A DNA stretch of 64,000 nucleotides from positions 25,606,001 to 25,670,000 of the forward strand of contig OX597831.1 of assembly GCA_951406725.2 (NCBI GenBank). Direction: 5' to 3'. The DNA comes from Octopus vulgaris (Eukaryota). Every line of letters begins with the position of its first letter. The first letter of the stretch is position 1. The position numbers and the translations under genes are program-made. The notes under the pieces were generated by a model. The model was given only the letters and a program-made list of their open reading frames with translations, searched no databases and was not told the DNA's origin. Below are positions 25,141-37,708 of the stretch, piece by piece.

Positions 25141-26603
25141 AGTGGTATATTAGAACACTAAGTCAATGTCTAAAACTGTAATGAAGGAACAAGTATCAGT
25201 AGAAACAATTAACTTTATTACAGCAACCTATTAATGCTGTTGTTGTGTTGGTACCATTGAAATCTGTTAGGAAACCTTTTGTGCAAACTTAGACCATTAA
25301 ACAAGCAAACTTCTGAATGCTTTACTCTAGATATTCAAGTACAATACATCCCAGTTGTAGTTAAGTCACCTTGTCGGTATGGAACAAAATATCTGCAGTG
25401 AAATCACATCCAGATGATACACACATGCACAAATATACACACCCAAACACACACATGCATACAAACACACACACACAAACACACATGCATACAAACACAC
25501 ATACAAACAAACACATATACACACAAAAGACACAAAAAATGCACAAAAGACATACTTGCACACAAACCATCAAGGGAACCCTCTACATGGTCACTCTACC
25601 AGTAAGAAATACCTACTGAATTCCTCAAAATCATACACCCTGTTGTTTCACAATATGAAAGATACACTGGGCAATGTTGTCCTAGTTATACAAAAATACA
25701 GGATGGCACATATGGGCAAACAAACACACACATGCACACATGATCACACATGCTCACATACACACACAAATTTCTGAATAGAAAAAAAATTACTCATTAA
25801 TTCACTGGTAAAATAAGGAAGACCTCTATTTCAAAAGCGGCAAAAAAAAAAAAACCCTAAAAAATACAAATGTAGGAAAGCCACACATTTAGGGGTCATA
25901 TTTGGATAGTAACAATATTTAAGAAGCAGCCTGAATTTTTACTATAACATAGGGTCAGTGTTCAGCATTAGAATTTAATCCCCTTCCAGTTCTCATTTTA
26001 TAGATTTAAAGAATTTTAGCAATATTTCTGTTGCATCTCTCTCCTACCATATTTTTAGACAGTTATTCCATTATAGCAGTCTACATTTTGCGTAATCATG
26101 ATTATGCCTTCTTCTTCAGACAAGCCATTCATCATCTTTTTGCTCGTATTCATAGATCAAACTTCCGACAGCTTATATACGTCTCTTGCAGTTTGCAGCA
26201 AGTTCTATACATCATTTCAGATCTTGCTCACCCATCTCGATCTACACCCTTCCATTCTGATATAAACACGCTGTAAATATCACTCGCTCGTATATCAGCT
26301 ATTTCAAACAACTGTTTCAGACCTCATCCCAAACGCTAATGTCATTACGTAATAAACAAAATTGAGTTTTTGCATGATGCAGTTTACTCAATTTTACAAG
26401 CACATATAAATTTTGTCGGTAATATATCAGCCATTTCTGGTTTAGGTATGTGGAAAACCCTTTTAGAACCAAGGTTGGATTACAAGCGCACTTAACAACA
26501 TGTGGAGAATGCAGCTGTGCTTAGTAAAAATAATGAGTCTTTAATCTTACAAATTCATATAATGCAATTTATTTTATGTTACTGTTTTGCTTTTAAGGCT
26601 TAA

Positions 26604-26828
26604 CCCTTTCATTACCAACCCGGTTAAAACCAGCCCTGGCTCTGTAGTACAAATGTCTTCTTTTCATAAGTTCTGAATTAAAATCTTCCACCAAACCTTA
26701 GTCACAATTTATGTTCTTAACACTAGCTTAATGTTATTTTACTAAGTTATTTTACTAAATTCTTTGTTATATTTAAAATAATTGAAAGAAACACAGAGCC
26801 TCTCAAAATAAATACGATAGCGAAAGGG
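26604..26828. mobile_element. piggyBac-type MITE family 1 (opposite orientation to the 10103 copy)
   Basis: TTAA|CCCTTTCATTAC ... ATAGCGAAAGGG|TTAA. The interior is the reverse complement of 10103-10323. Confidence 0.9.
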
Positions 26829-27563
26829 TTAAAGAAGTGTTTTTGCCTTTTTGTTTTTTAGTTCTCCATTGGGCAGTTCTTGAGTTGAACGTAGATATAA
26901 TTTCACCTATAAACAAAGAGTTTCTCACGCCTGATCGAGATGGTGGAAAAATATTTAAAGAGGTTAAAAAAGATATATATATATACCATTAAAACATAAT
27001 TTAGTACAACGTAAACACTATTTGGGCATTTAAATATTTACATTTTGGCAACAGCCATGCTACTTAAAATAACAAACTAGCAAGGATGTTATTGTACATG
27101 GTTGTTTGAACAAGTTCGAACAAGTAAAAATTCCAGCCATATTTCACTCAACTCAAACCTACCTTCCAGGGAAAAGACATATTGGATTAAATACTCTGGA
27201 GTATTCTGTTCTTGTGAAAAAGATGGGATGTTCATAGCTAAAATTTCTTAGATCACAGGTTTTGCTCAGTTGGGAAAGACCTAGGGCTAAATAACATTAA
27301 CAACACTTACTATGACCAAAACATCCAGACAAATATGCTACAACATATATTCATATACCACATTGAATCATAAACTTCCTACAATATATATTGGTTTCAA
27401 ATTTTGGCACAAGGCCAGCAATTTCAGAGGATGGTGCTAAGTTGATTGCATCAACCCCAGTTCTTGACTGGTATTTATTTTATCAACTCAAAATTGATGA
27501 CACTCAAAGTCAACCTCATTGGAATATGAACTAAAAATCTAGAGATGAATGAAATGTTGCTAA

Positions 27564-27978
27564 GGTGCAGGAGTGGCTGTGTGGTAAGTAGCTTGCTTAC
27601 CAACCACATGGTTCCAGGTTCAGTCCCACTGCATGGCACCTTGGGCAAGTGTCTTCTACTATAGCCTTGGGCCGACCAAAGCCTTGTGAGTGGATTTGGT
27701 AGACAGAAACTGAAAGAAGCCTGTTGTATATATGTATATATATGTGTGTGTATATGTTTGTGTGTCGGTGTTTGTCCCCCCAACATCGCTTGACGACTGA
27801 TGCTGGCGTTTTTATGTCCCCATAACTTAGCAGTTTGGCAAGAGAGACCAATAGAATAAATCGTAAGCTTACAAAGAATAAGTCCTGGGGTCGATTTGCT
27901 CGACTAAAGGCGGTGCTCCAGCATGGCCACAGTCAAATGACTGAAACACATAAAAAAAAGAAAGAATAACAAGAATAA
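27564..27978 (+). mobile_element. Family A SINE nested in an older family B copy (27390-27563 and 27979-28025, -)
   Basis: Full A copy. The flanks rejoin as GAAATGTTGCTAAG|CATTTTGTCCAGCATGCTAA. Confidence 0.85.
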
Positions 27979-28494
27979 AGCATTTTGTCCAGCATGCTAA
28001 GGATTCTGCCACCTCACTGCCTTATCCTAAAATATATATTGATATCCTATGCTGTATGTAATATTTGATGATTACCACACTGCTCCTTATATAACATAAA
28101 ACACAATGATTTATCAAAGTGTGATACTTTGTATATAACACATTGATAAGCCACATTGCATACAACATGATGATATACCACACATCATCCTTTACATCCT
28201 ACTGCACTATATACTGTAAATAACATGTTAATATACACGTCACTGTGTATAAAAGGAATCCCATATGACACCTTCCACTGTAACAAACAAAAATATGTTA
28301 ACACACTGGGTCATACATACATGTATTTTGATACACTATAATGTACCATATACCATGAGCAGATATAAATGTCACATTGCACCATACAACATATATAAAC
28401 TGTCGTACAGCATCTTAGACTTCCTCACTGCCGTCCACACTGACTGTTGTTAGCACCAGACAGGGTTTCCCAATTGCTTTACATCATATCTAAT

Positions 28495-28600
28495 CCTGCA
28501 ACAAGCAAAGCCTCCACCACAGATCCCTTGTGGACTTTGCAACAGATGCTTCCATGCAAGGATTGGTCTTATTAGTCATCAGATGCATCAACAGGGGAAG
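28495..28600 (+). pseudogene. RTE-BovB-type LINE C-terminal C2H2 finger fragment
   Basis: Not in the ORF track. The frame from 28508 reads KPPPQIPCGLCNRCFHARIGLISHQMH, matching the C..C.R.F.ARIGL.SH...H end of BovB-like ORFs. Confidence 0.7.
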
Positions 28601-29529
28601 AAGTGGTCAAGAAGAAACCAAATAAATTGTCAGACACATGATAAAACACTGCCAATGATCTCATAGCTTTGAGATTTTGATGTGATAATCTTTAGGTGTG
28701 AGAAGCCAGATCTAGTTGGCTTGAGCGTAAATGCCATTGTCAGTTTAAAGCAATAATATTCAGTCCTTCCTTTTAGACCTTTTTGTTCCAATTATCACAT
28801 TTTATTTCTGGGTAAAACACTTAATTCTGTGATGTGAACCCAAAAGACATAGTCATCCTGCACTTATTTAATATAAAAATTCTAACTTTCAGACCTATGT
28901 TCCAAACTTTTGGCCATGATTGGATTTTCTGAGTTCAAAATTCACCAAGGTCAACTTTGCCTTTCATCCTCCTGGAGATGATAAAATAAGTACCAGTTGG
29001 GCACTGGTGTAGAGGTGGTAGGGAGAAGAGCAGATAACTTATCATCTTCAAACAGCAGATAACTATCATCTTCAAACTCCACCACCACTATTACCATTAT
29101 CATCACTACCACCAAAACCCTCCACCACCACCACCAAGCTCAAGCTTAACAACAACAGTAACAACAGCAACAAATTCTACAAATCATTCTTTTTGATGTA
29201 TGATAGAATTTATAACATTTTTACTTGTTAATTTTCATGAAACGGAATTCTATAGAAAGAATGAAGATGTGAAAGATTAAAGAATAAAGAATAAAGGTAT
29301 ATAACATATTGTGGAATACTTGATAATCTGATATTTCGATATTTGATACTCCGATACTTTAAAAAATTAAACTGGATTATCTGCTACAAACAATCAATCC
29401 ATAGAGAATGTTGTTAAGTATCATTTACCTGTCAACCACACAGTAAATATCCCTTATTTCTCTATCTAAATATCCATATAATAGCAGCATGAAGGACATG
29501 TCATTGTAAATAAAGATAAGAATATGAAT

Positions 29530-29573
29530 TATCATCATCATCATCATCATCAATATTATAATTATTATTATTA

Positions 29574-29636
<63 letters not shown>

Positions 29637-29640
29637 TTAT
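29530..29640. repeat. (CAT)n/(TTA)n microsatellite
   Basis: Direct reading. Forms the (TAA)n tail or target of the adjacent - strand element. Confidence 0.95.
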
Positions 29641-29767
29641 TGAGTGAGAGAGCAGTGCATGCCATCAAAGTGACACTGGGGTAAAATATACGAAGCCCAG
29701 TATACCCATCTGATAAGGGTACACAAGGCACATGCATCACAACCAAATGTGCACGACATGGTGATCT
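29641..29767 (-). mobile_element. Family F 3' end
   Basis: Reverse complement of ~40893-41032, with a small deletion. Confidence 0.85.
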
Positions 29768-30075
29768 ACCACTTTGTCTGGAAATCAAAATCCCAGAGGA
29801 TTTTTGCCTTCCCCTTCTCATCTCTTACCTTTTCCAGTGTATGTTGGTACCAAGTACCCATAACCTTATATCCATACTTATGGCATGGTAGCCAGTGGAG
29901 GTTTTGGGCTACTTTGTCATGTCTACGCTTGTACTCTTTTTGCGCAAGACTTTCACAAGCACTAACAATGGGAGTCATACTTTCAACCTTCTTCCCACAC
30001 ATTCTACAAAGGTCCGATGCACTTGTATGGTATTTAGTCTTTTTAACTGAGTTGGTATTCAATGCCTGGTCCTAG
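29760..30075 (-). pseudogene. R4/Dong-clade non-LTR retrotransposon fragment (CCHC knuckle to start of RLE)
   Basis: DQALNT...CRMCGKKVESMTPIVSACESLAQKEYKRRHDKVAQNLHW...WYQH..EKV...KILWDFDFQT. Confidence 0.85.
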
Positions 30076-30094
30076 ACAATATCACTATTATTAA

Positions 30095-30303
30095 GGTGGC
30101 ACACCGGCAGAATCATTAGCACACTGGATAGAATATTTAGCAGCAGTTTGGTCCTTAGGTTCTGAGTTCAAATTTCACTGAGGTCCACTTAGCTTTTCAT
30201 CCTTTCAGGGTCGATAAATAAATACCAATTGAGCACTGAGATTGATGTAATCAACTACCCTGTTCCCCTAAACTTGCTGGCCTTGTACCAAAACTTGAAA
30301 CCA
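30095..30303 (+). mobile_element. Older family B SINE (alternative tail)
   Basis: GAGTTCAAATTTC B-box, CTTTTCATCCTTTCAGGGTCGATAAA, tail GCTGGCCTTGTACCAAAACTTGAAACC. Confidence 0.75.
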
Positions 30304-30310
30304 TTATTAA

Positions 30311-31075
30311 TTTCTCCGCCTTAGCAAAGGTGGAAGTATTGTTTGCAGTCACGTTTTACTTTACTTTACTTTACTTTACTTACTTGTTTCAGTCATTTGA
30401 CTGCGGCCATGCTGGAGCACCGCCTTTAGTTGAGCAAATCAACCCCGGGACTTATTCTTTGTAAGCCCAGTACTTATTCTATCGGTCTCTTTTGCCGAAC
30501 CGCTAAGTGACAGGGACGTAAACACACCAGCATCGGTTGTCAAGCAATGCTAGGGGGACAAACACAAACACACACACACATATATATACATATATACGAC
30601 AGGCTTCTTTCAGTTTCCGTCTACCAAATCCACTCACAAGGCATTGGTCGGCCCGGGGCTATAGTAGAAGACACTTGCCCAAGATGCCATGCAGTGGGAC
30701 TGAACCCGGAACCATGTGGTTGGTAAGCAAGCTACTTACCACACAGCCACTCCTGCGCCACGTTTGTTTGCTTATCCAAGATGTTTCAAGAACCGCAAGA
30801 TGGATTCAGATGAAACTTTCAGAGATGTTTGACTTCATGACTGGCACAAACCGATTAGATTTTGGGATTGGTCTGGTACAGGATAAAGATTCTGGATTAT
30901 TTTTCCTGTTTTTTTTGTTAATTTATGTGAGTGGTCGGATTCATTTTTTAGTATTCTCATTTGTGAGAGCTGTGAAGTTTATTTCAAATATTCTCATTTT
31001 AAAAAAAAATCTCTGGCTAATCGTTCAGAGGATGTTGGTGTTGCCTTGGCAGAAGTTTCCATTCTCTGAGTGCTC

Positions 31076-31078
<3 letters not shown>
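30311..31078 (+). mobile_element. HINE/DINE-1-like (Helentron-associated) element interrupted by a family A SINE
   Basis: 5' palindromic sub-TIR CTCCGCCTTAGCAAAGGTGGA, a GTTT tract, TGGATTCAGATGAAACTT, 3' sub-TIR CCTTGGCAGAAG and terminal hairpin CATTCTCTGAGTG. Confidence 0.7.
30357..30759 (-). mobile_element. Family A SINE
   Basis: Full length, with (TTTAC)n tail on + and TSD CACGTTT. Confidence 0.9.
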
Positions 31079-31142
<64 letters not shown>

Positions 31143-31155
31143 AATTATTACTATT
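31076..31155. repeat. (TAT)n microsatellite
   Basis: Direct reading. Confidence 0.95.
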
Positions 31156-32281
31156 GATGTGGTTATCAATATTACCACTTAATTCATCATTGTATTTCCT
31201 TCACTGAAGTATTATTACAGACACTTCAAAATATATTTATTAATATTATTTTTTAATTCCTATTTGTAGTTATTTCTTCATTTCAATAACATTCCATCAA
31301 CACCCCCAGACACACACAAACTCATATTCACTCATGCTCATGAATACACATGTACACGCATGCACACACACATACACATACATGCCCATACTCACATGCA
31401 CACACAAAACCAACACAATCAAAATCATTTCAACACAATTTTCTAATCTGACTTTATAGAAAAACTGACATTTTTCTCTCACATATTTCAAAGAACTATA
31501 CATTAGTTTCATGGAAAACACTGACTTTTTTTTCACCCGCTTCATAAACGTACATTAAATGGGTGAAGCTCTTCTCTTCTTAATTTTGTCTTTTCTCTGT
31601 CAAAAAATCTAAAGGAACACCATATTATGCATGTTCCAGAGTTGTTGTACAGATTTTTTAAATATAAATTGTGAATATCTGTGTATATCTAACATTGTGA
31701 GTGGTGCGTGTGTTTGTCTGAGACTCTGTGTGTATGTAAGGTGTGGAATAAAATGTGTGATATTTTACATGTTTTTATTGGGTTTTTTTGTTTTTTTTTG
31801 CTGTTGTTGTTTTTGTTTCCTTCTCAAACATGTTGGCAATACAAGACATGTCTTGGGTTCCTTTTTCATGCCAGTAATTATATAGCATTGTTCTCAAGTT
31901 AGGGGTTGTATATTGTTCTTGCCATAATGATGGATGGCACAGAATGAGAGAGAAAAAAATTTGGTAAAGGAAAAAAAAATGGAAAAAATATCAATCAAAA
32001 CCCATATTTTTTCCCTCTAATGATTGTATGTTAAAGGAGTTGTCATCATAATCATCAGCATCAGCATCATTACCATCATTGTATCACTGAGCATCACCAT
32101 CTTTCATCATCATTTCATCATGTTGTCATGGTCATCATCATCATTACCATCATCTGCATCATCATTTTTAGCAATTGATAATTTCTGATTCAGTTACACA
32201 ATAGCAATATATAAACAAAACAAAACAAAATAAAATATTTATTTCAACAGATTTGTAATTACCATCAATACATAAACTTTA

Positions 32282-32378
32282 GGTAGTAGTAGTAGCAGTA
32301 GTAGCAGTAGTAGCAGCAGCAGTAGCAGCAACAATATCAATACTAATAAGTATGGCAGTGCGGAAGATATAGTAGTAC

Positions 32379-32420
<42 letters not shown>

Positions 32421-32568
32421 AAGCAGCAGCAGCAATATCACTATTAATAGGGGTGGCAGTACTATTAAAAGTGGTGTAGTAGTAGTGGTGGCAATGCTGA
32501 GTATAATATCATAGTGTTAGTAGTAGTAGTAGTAGTAGTAGTAGTATTATTATTATTATTATTATTAT

Positions 32569-32651
<83 letters not shown>

Positions 32652-32665
32652 ATAGTGGTAGTAAG
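32282..32665. repeat. (TAG)n/(CAG)n/(TAT)n compound microsatellite
   Basis: Direct reading. Confidence 0.95.
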
Positions 32666-33417
32666 TGTATGAGTAGATCAATTTTCAGCAAAACTGCATA
32701 ACAAAAAACCTAGTTTAGATTTGACAAGGGAAATTACAATTAATAATTAAAAATTGCATAATATTTATTTTGATGGGTTGCCTAGGTCTGCATTGCTATG
32801 TTTATTTATTTAGAACAGTTGATATACATACATTATAGGGGGAAGGGTGATTTCTTGTTTAGTTTGCTTCGTTGCTTTATTTTTAAAAAAATGCATTTCC
32901 CTCCTCATTCTACCATCTCATTCTCCAATAGTTTTTCTCTTCTAGCAGAGTGTCTTAAGTTCCTCCGATTGAGACATCACAATGGTATAATTACTGTAAT
33001 TCCAAAGATTTCCTGCAGAAATATAAATAATCAGATATAGTTTGAAAGTGAAAGCTTATTGTGTGACGTTTGTATTCCTCTTCAAAAGAACAGGCAAATG
33101 GAAGAAGATTGTGAATTGTCTACAACTGATAACCAAAATTGATCTATTGTGTTGGTTTCCTGGGAACTTAGCTAACTTAATTCTGCTGTACTCCACTATA
33201 TTCCATCATGATTATTGCAATTATAACTTTGTAGGATGAGGTGAAAAAACTAGAACATGAGACATGGCACACCTTTATTCTTTCAGTATACTTGTTAGCT
33301 GTTCTTGCAGTCTTCAGCTACATTTTTCTCCCAGTTACAAGATTGGAATATTGGATGAGAGTATGATCTTCTTCATGGAAGCACTGGTGTTTCTTAGATG
33401 CATTTATTGTGTGATAG

Positions 33418-33746
33418 CTGGCACCTGTGTTGGTGGCACATAAAAAACACCATCTGAGCTTGGCCGTTTGCCAGCCTCGTCTGGCACCTGTGTCGGTGGC
33501 ACATAAAAAACACCATCCGAGCGTGGCCGTCTGCCAGCCTCGTCTGGCACCTGTGTCGGTGGCACATAAAATCACCCACTACACTCTCGGAGTGGTTGGC
33601 GTTAGGAAGGGCATCCAGCTGTAGAAACACTGCCACATCTGACTGGCCTGGTGCAGCCTTCGGGCTCGCCAGACCCCAGTTGAACCGTCCAACCCATGCT
33701 AGCATGGAAAGCGGACGTTAAACGACGATGATGATGATGATGATGA
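33418..33746 (+). mobile_element. Family C element with 63-bp tandem modules (x2.5)
   Basis: Units start at 33418, 33481 and 33544, followed by GGTTGGCGTTAGGAAGGGCATCC...GGACGTTAAACGACGATGATG. Confidence 0.9.
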
Positions 33747-33943
33747 TAGCATAGCCAAAATATATGTCCCAAAGGATGAGATTTCCTCATTTTAAACATT
33801 CAAAACCACTCCACTTCTCACCATTAGTTGAACACTATCCAAGAACCACCTTCACTGTTTATTCCAAAATGGTACTCTTTCATCAGACTTTATTTATCAA
33901 AACACTAGGGGACATAAAGAGACTGAGCATAAATAACAGGGTA

Positions 33944-34163
33944 CCCTTTAGTGTTTAAACCGGCCATATCTGGCCCAGATATTCTACATGTTTTATATTG
34001 AAATTGGTGATATCTAGCCTCTCACACCTAACCTACATTGACATTCTAAAAATAAACAATCACATCATTGAAACCTCAGAGCTATAAGATAATGCATGAG
34101 TAATTCAAAACAATTTGAGTGAAAAAGTATTACATTTAACAGAGTAATCTGAACACTAAAGGG
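33944..34163. mobile_element. piggyBac-type MITE family 2
   Basis: CCCTTTAGTGTT ... AACACTAAAGGG|TTAA. Left TSD mutated. Confidence 0.8.
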
Positions 34164-35475
34164 TTAAACTGTAGTAAATATAACAACAGATGTGGGACAC
34201 AAGCACACACACACACACACACACACACTTATGATGGGTATGATATTTGATTTTTGATTTTTCCAGTTTCAGCTCATGAGCTGTGGCCATATATCTACAC
34301 AATCAATCTCTAGTAAAGTCTATTTAGAAGGTATTAATTAACCAGATATTATAACGGAAGACATTAGTCTATGTTCTCTGCAATGAGACCAAATCAGGAA
34401 AGATAGAGTTAAGGAATAATTTTCTTAACTATGCAGTCAAGTCTGTTCCCTTCGGTTTTGTGTTTAATTCTCATCGTAATTGATTTACCTTCCATCCTTC
34501 TAAGGTTATTGAAAAAATACTGGAAACCATGGCAGTAATCCAGCTTGGCCACAGCTGGATGGCTGAAACCTGTACAAGAATAGAATAAAAGAATCTACAG
34601 ACATTGATTCAGTCAACGATAGATTTCCATTACATGGTTGTGGCCTTATGCCAATGTAAGAAATTGTTAATAATATATACTGAGGAGGCATCGAAGGTAG
34701 CAGAGCCAGAACAAACTACATCATGTCTGAACTTGATCTAGTTTATCAAAGATCGGTGCATGTATGGCTTTGTGGTCAAGAAGCTCACTTCACAATTAAA
34801 TGCTTTTGCACAATTAAATGCTGCATTAAGACCAGTGAGCAAGGAATTTCAACTGTGTTTTATGGTCTGCTACCACAACAGCTCCTTTATAGGATCCAGT
34901 TAGTTCAAGACATCAGGAGGAACCACATCCAGTTTCGGCCCCTACTCCTCTACTGTTTTGACGTGGTAGGCCCTCCCCTTTCGGAGATGTCTTCAGCTCT
35001 GGTATTGGGTGCATATCTTCTTTCTTCTGTTCCCTGGCCTCTTCAATGTAGCATCAATGAGTGTCAGCGGGCGACTGACTGACTTGTCAAATTTTCTCCC
35101 TTTAAATACCTGCTGCTAGGCTCCAGCAGGCAGCCCCAGCAAGTTGTCACATGACACTGTCTCAACTGGCTGCCTCAGATCCACCATTACTTTGTGAATG
35201 GAATTTGGTAAACAGAAACTGTGTGGAAGACCATCAAAGGAACCACTCTTGTAGACCCATTATCCAGTTTAACACCACCACTTGGCATTTGGGTGCTTTT
35301 AATAAAATCCACTCTGTTGCAAGTGTTTGAACCAGATCTCTGAGCCGAAGTAATTTACTCCCTTTCTACCATTAATCTTAGAGACCCTGACAAGGGTTAT
35401 TGTTGCTGCCCTTTCTTTTGATAAGGTGTTAAAAAAATACAATGCCACATGGTTGTGATGAATATCATATATTAA

Positions 35476-35691
35476 CCCTTTGGTATTCAGGTTATGCTGG
35501 CAAATGTAATGTTTATATGCATTGTTTAGAATTAATCATACATTATCATGGAGCTTTGAAATTTTGGTAGTGTAACTGTTTATTTTTAAAGTGACATTAT
35601 AGGATAGGTGTGAGAGGCCAGGTCTGACTACTTTGAAGATAAATCAAATAAAATTCTTGGGACAGAAACAGCCAATTTAAATGAAAAAGAG
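35476..35691. mobile_element. piggyBac-type MITE family 2, inverted degenerate copy
   Basis: TTAA|CCCTTTGGTATTCAG. Interior TAGGTGTGAGAGGC is the reverse complement of GCCTCTCACACCTA in the 33944 copy. Confidence 0.65.
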
Positions 35692-36111
35692 TCAACATAT
35701 AACCACCATTCATCTTCATGTGATTATTGTTGTCCAGTCCCAGCTCAACCCAATGAGAGCAGACCTTAAATAAAGACACTCTAGCTCTGACCATCCCATC
35801 TAGTTTTCAGATTCTATCTAAAAATTACAAGAACAGAACATATGCCTTTGGTATACTCAGCCACATTTACTCTCTAATTCAATGAGTATGGAGGGTAAAT
35901 GATAAAATAAAACGAAAGAAACTGAAATAGGTGTAGGAGTGACTGTGTGGTAAGTAGCTTGTTTACCAACCACATGGTTTCTGGTTCAGTCCCACTGTGT
36001 GGCAACTTGGGCAAGTGCCTTCTACTATAGCCTCGGGCTGACCAAAGCCTTGTGAGTGGATTTGGTAGACAGAAACTGAAAGAAGCCCGTCGTGTATATA
36101 TATATATATAT

Positions 36112-36884
36112 GGTAGTGACGACCATGACTTTGAGACTCAGTCTCAACGTATGGCTCACCACTTCACCCTACGTGGATACCCCCTCACCACTATCCACAC
36201 CGCCCTTGCCAGAGCACGGTCCGTGGACCGTGTATCTGCTCTCTCTCCCCGAACCCGCCCTGTAGTCTCCCGCCTCCCTTTTCCCCTCACTTACCACCCC
36301 ACGACCCTACGTCTCCAACGCACCATTCTTCGAGCTTTCCGTCATCTCCAGTCCGACCCGTCCACTTCACACCTCTTCCCTAACCGACCCCTCCCCTCTT
36401 TCAAACGAGCCCACAACCTTCGAGACCTTTTGGTCCATAGCTCCTTCCCTGACCCTACCTCCCAACCCGGCTCGTTCCCCTGCTCCCGCCCACGTTGCCG
36501 CACTTGCCCTTACCTCTCCAACACCACCCGCCTCACTAGCACCCACCATCGACCCTATCCCATCATCCACTCCTTCACCTGCACCTCCAGCAATATTATC
36601 TATTGCATCTCTTGCTCTCTCTGCAATTCCTTGTATATCGGACAAACGGGACGCCGCTTGGCTGACCGGTTCGCGGAACACCTTCGTGACATCCACCTTG
36701 CGAACGACACACCGGTCTCACGCCATTTCCGCTCCACCGGTCACTCCTTGCAACACCTATCTGTGTTCGGTTTGTCCTTACACAGAGGCCATCCGGATTC
36801 CCGTTTGCGCCGTGAACAGGAATTAATCTTCTCTCTTCGCTCTTATACGCCATTTGGTCTCAACTCTCCCCCCTCCTCATCTAA
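36112..36884 (+). pseudogene. PLE ORF C-terminus: RT thumb remnant, Cys-rich linker, GIY-YIG endonuclease
   Basis: F..RGYP; LTYHP; FKRAHNLRDLLVHS; CSRPRCRTC; FTCTSSNIIYCISCSLCNSLYIGQTGRRLADRFAEH; VSRHF...H; REQELIFSL...PFGLN. The listed ORF start (36052) lies in the SINE. Read-through to 37170 is probably a 1-nt deletion before the native stop. Confidence 0.88.
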
Positions 36885-37708
36885 CCCCCTCTCCCCCCTC
36901 CTCACCTATCCTTTCTTCCCCCGACCCCTACTTCTACAGTCCTTCATCCTTTCACCCCTACTCCCCTTCCCTTCTTCCCTCTTTCTCCCTCCCTCTTCCC
37001 CTTCCCTCTGCTCCCTCACTCCCTCTCTCCCTCTTTCCTCCTTCATCCCCCTCCTCCCCTTCCTTCTCCCCCATCCTCTCCTCTTCCCCCTTCTCCTCCC
37101 CCTCTTCTTCCCCTCGCCTTCTCTCCCCCTCTTCTCCCCCTCCCCCTCTTCTCCTCACTACACCACATGACTTTACACATCACATCACATATGATGTGCC
37201 ATACTAATACACACACCAACTAATACATACTAATACGTACTAATACATACCAGTACATACTAATACTTACACCAACCCTATACATACACACGTCCAGACC
37301 CCGCATACGCACTTATACTCTCTCTCACACACACACACACACCTATACATACCAATACGTACTAATACATACTAATACATACTAATACATACACCAACCC
37401 CATACATACGCACGTCCAGACCAATCTTACGCACTAATACTCTCTCATACACACACACACACACACACACACCTTATACATACTAATACATACACCAACC
37501 CTATACATACACACATCCAGACCCCTCCCACGCACTTTTAGCTGGTCCCTCAACCCTTTTATCAACCCTATTATCTCCCCTTATTTCGCTCTCGCGTCTC
37601 ATGTTTGATCTTTGACCTCTGGCCGAAATCAGATCGCCATGTTGATTCGTTAGCTACTGCACGCATTTTTTTTCTCTCCTTCTTTCTGTGTTTTTCTCTC
37701 TCTGTGTA

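Noticed and set aside
30537-31157. Recurrent MSSNARGTN...RLPNPLTR ORFs that look like a gene family
   Set aside because: Antisense reading of family A SINE copies.
32946-32984. 39-nt + strand exon candidate (ECLKFLRLRHHN)
   Set aside because: Weak donor (GTATAA), no recognisable homology, and within chance expectation.
33418-33580. CRISPR-like or HDV-ribozyme reading of the 63-bp repeats
   Set aside because: No unique spacers and a eukaryotic context. The resemblance to HDV (CCAGCCTC..CTGGC) lies in a loop that is not conserved in other copies.
36052-37170. 372-aa ORF as an intact SINE-endonuclease fusion gene
   Set aside because: The start is a GTG inside the SINE, the frame is joined through (TA)n by chance, the C-terminus is low-complexity read-through, and the RT is missing.
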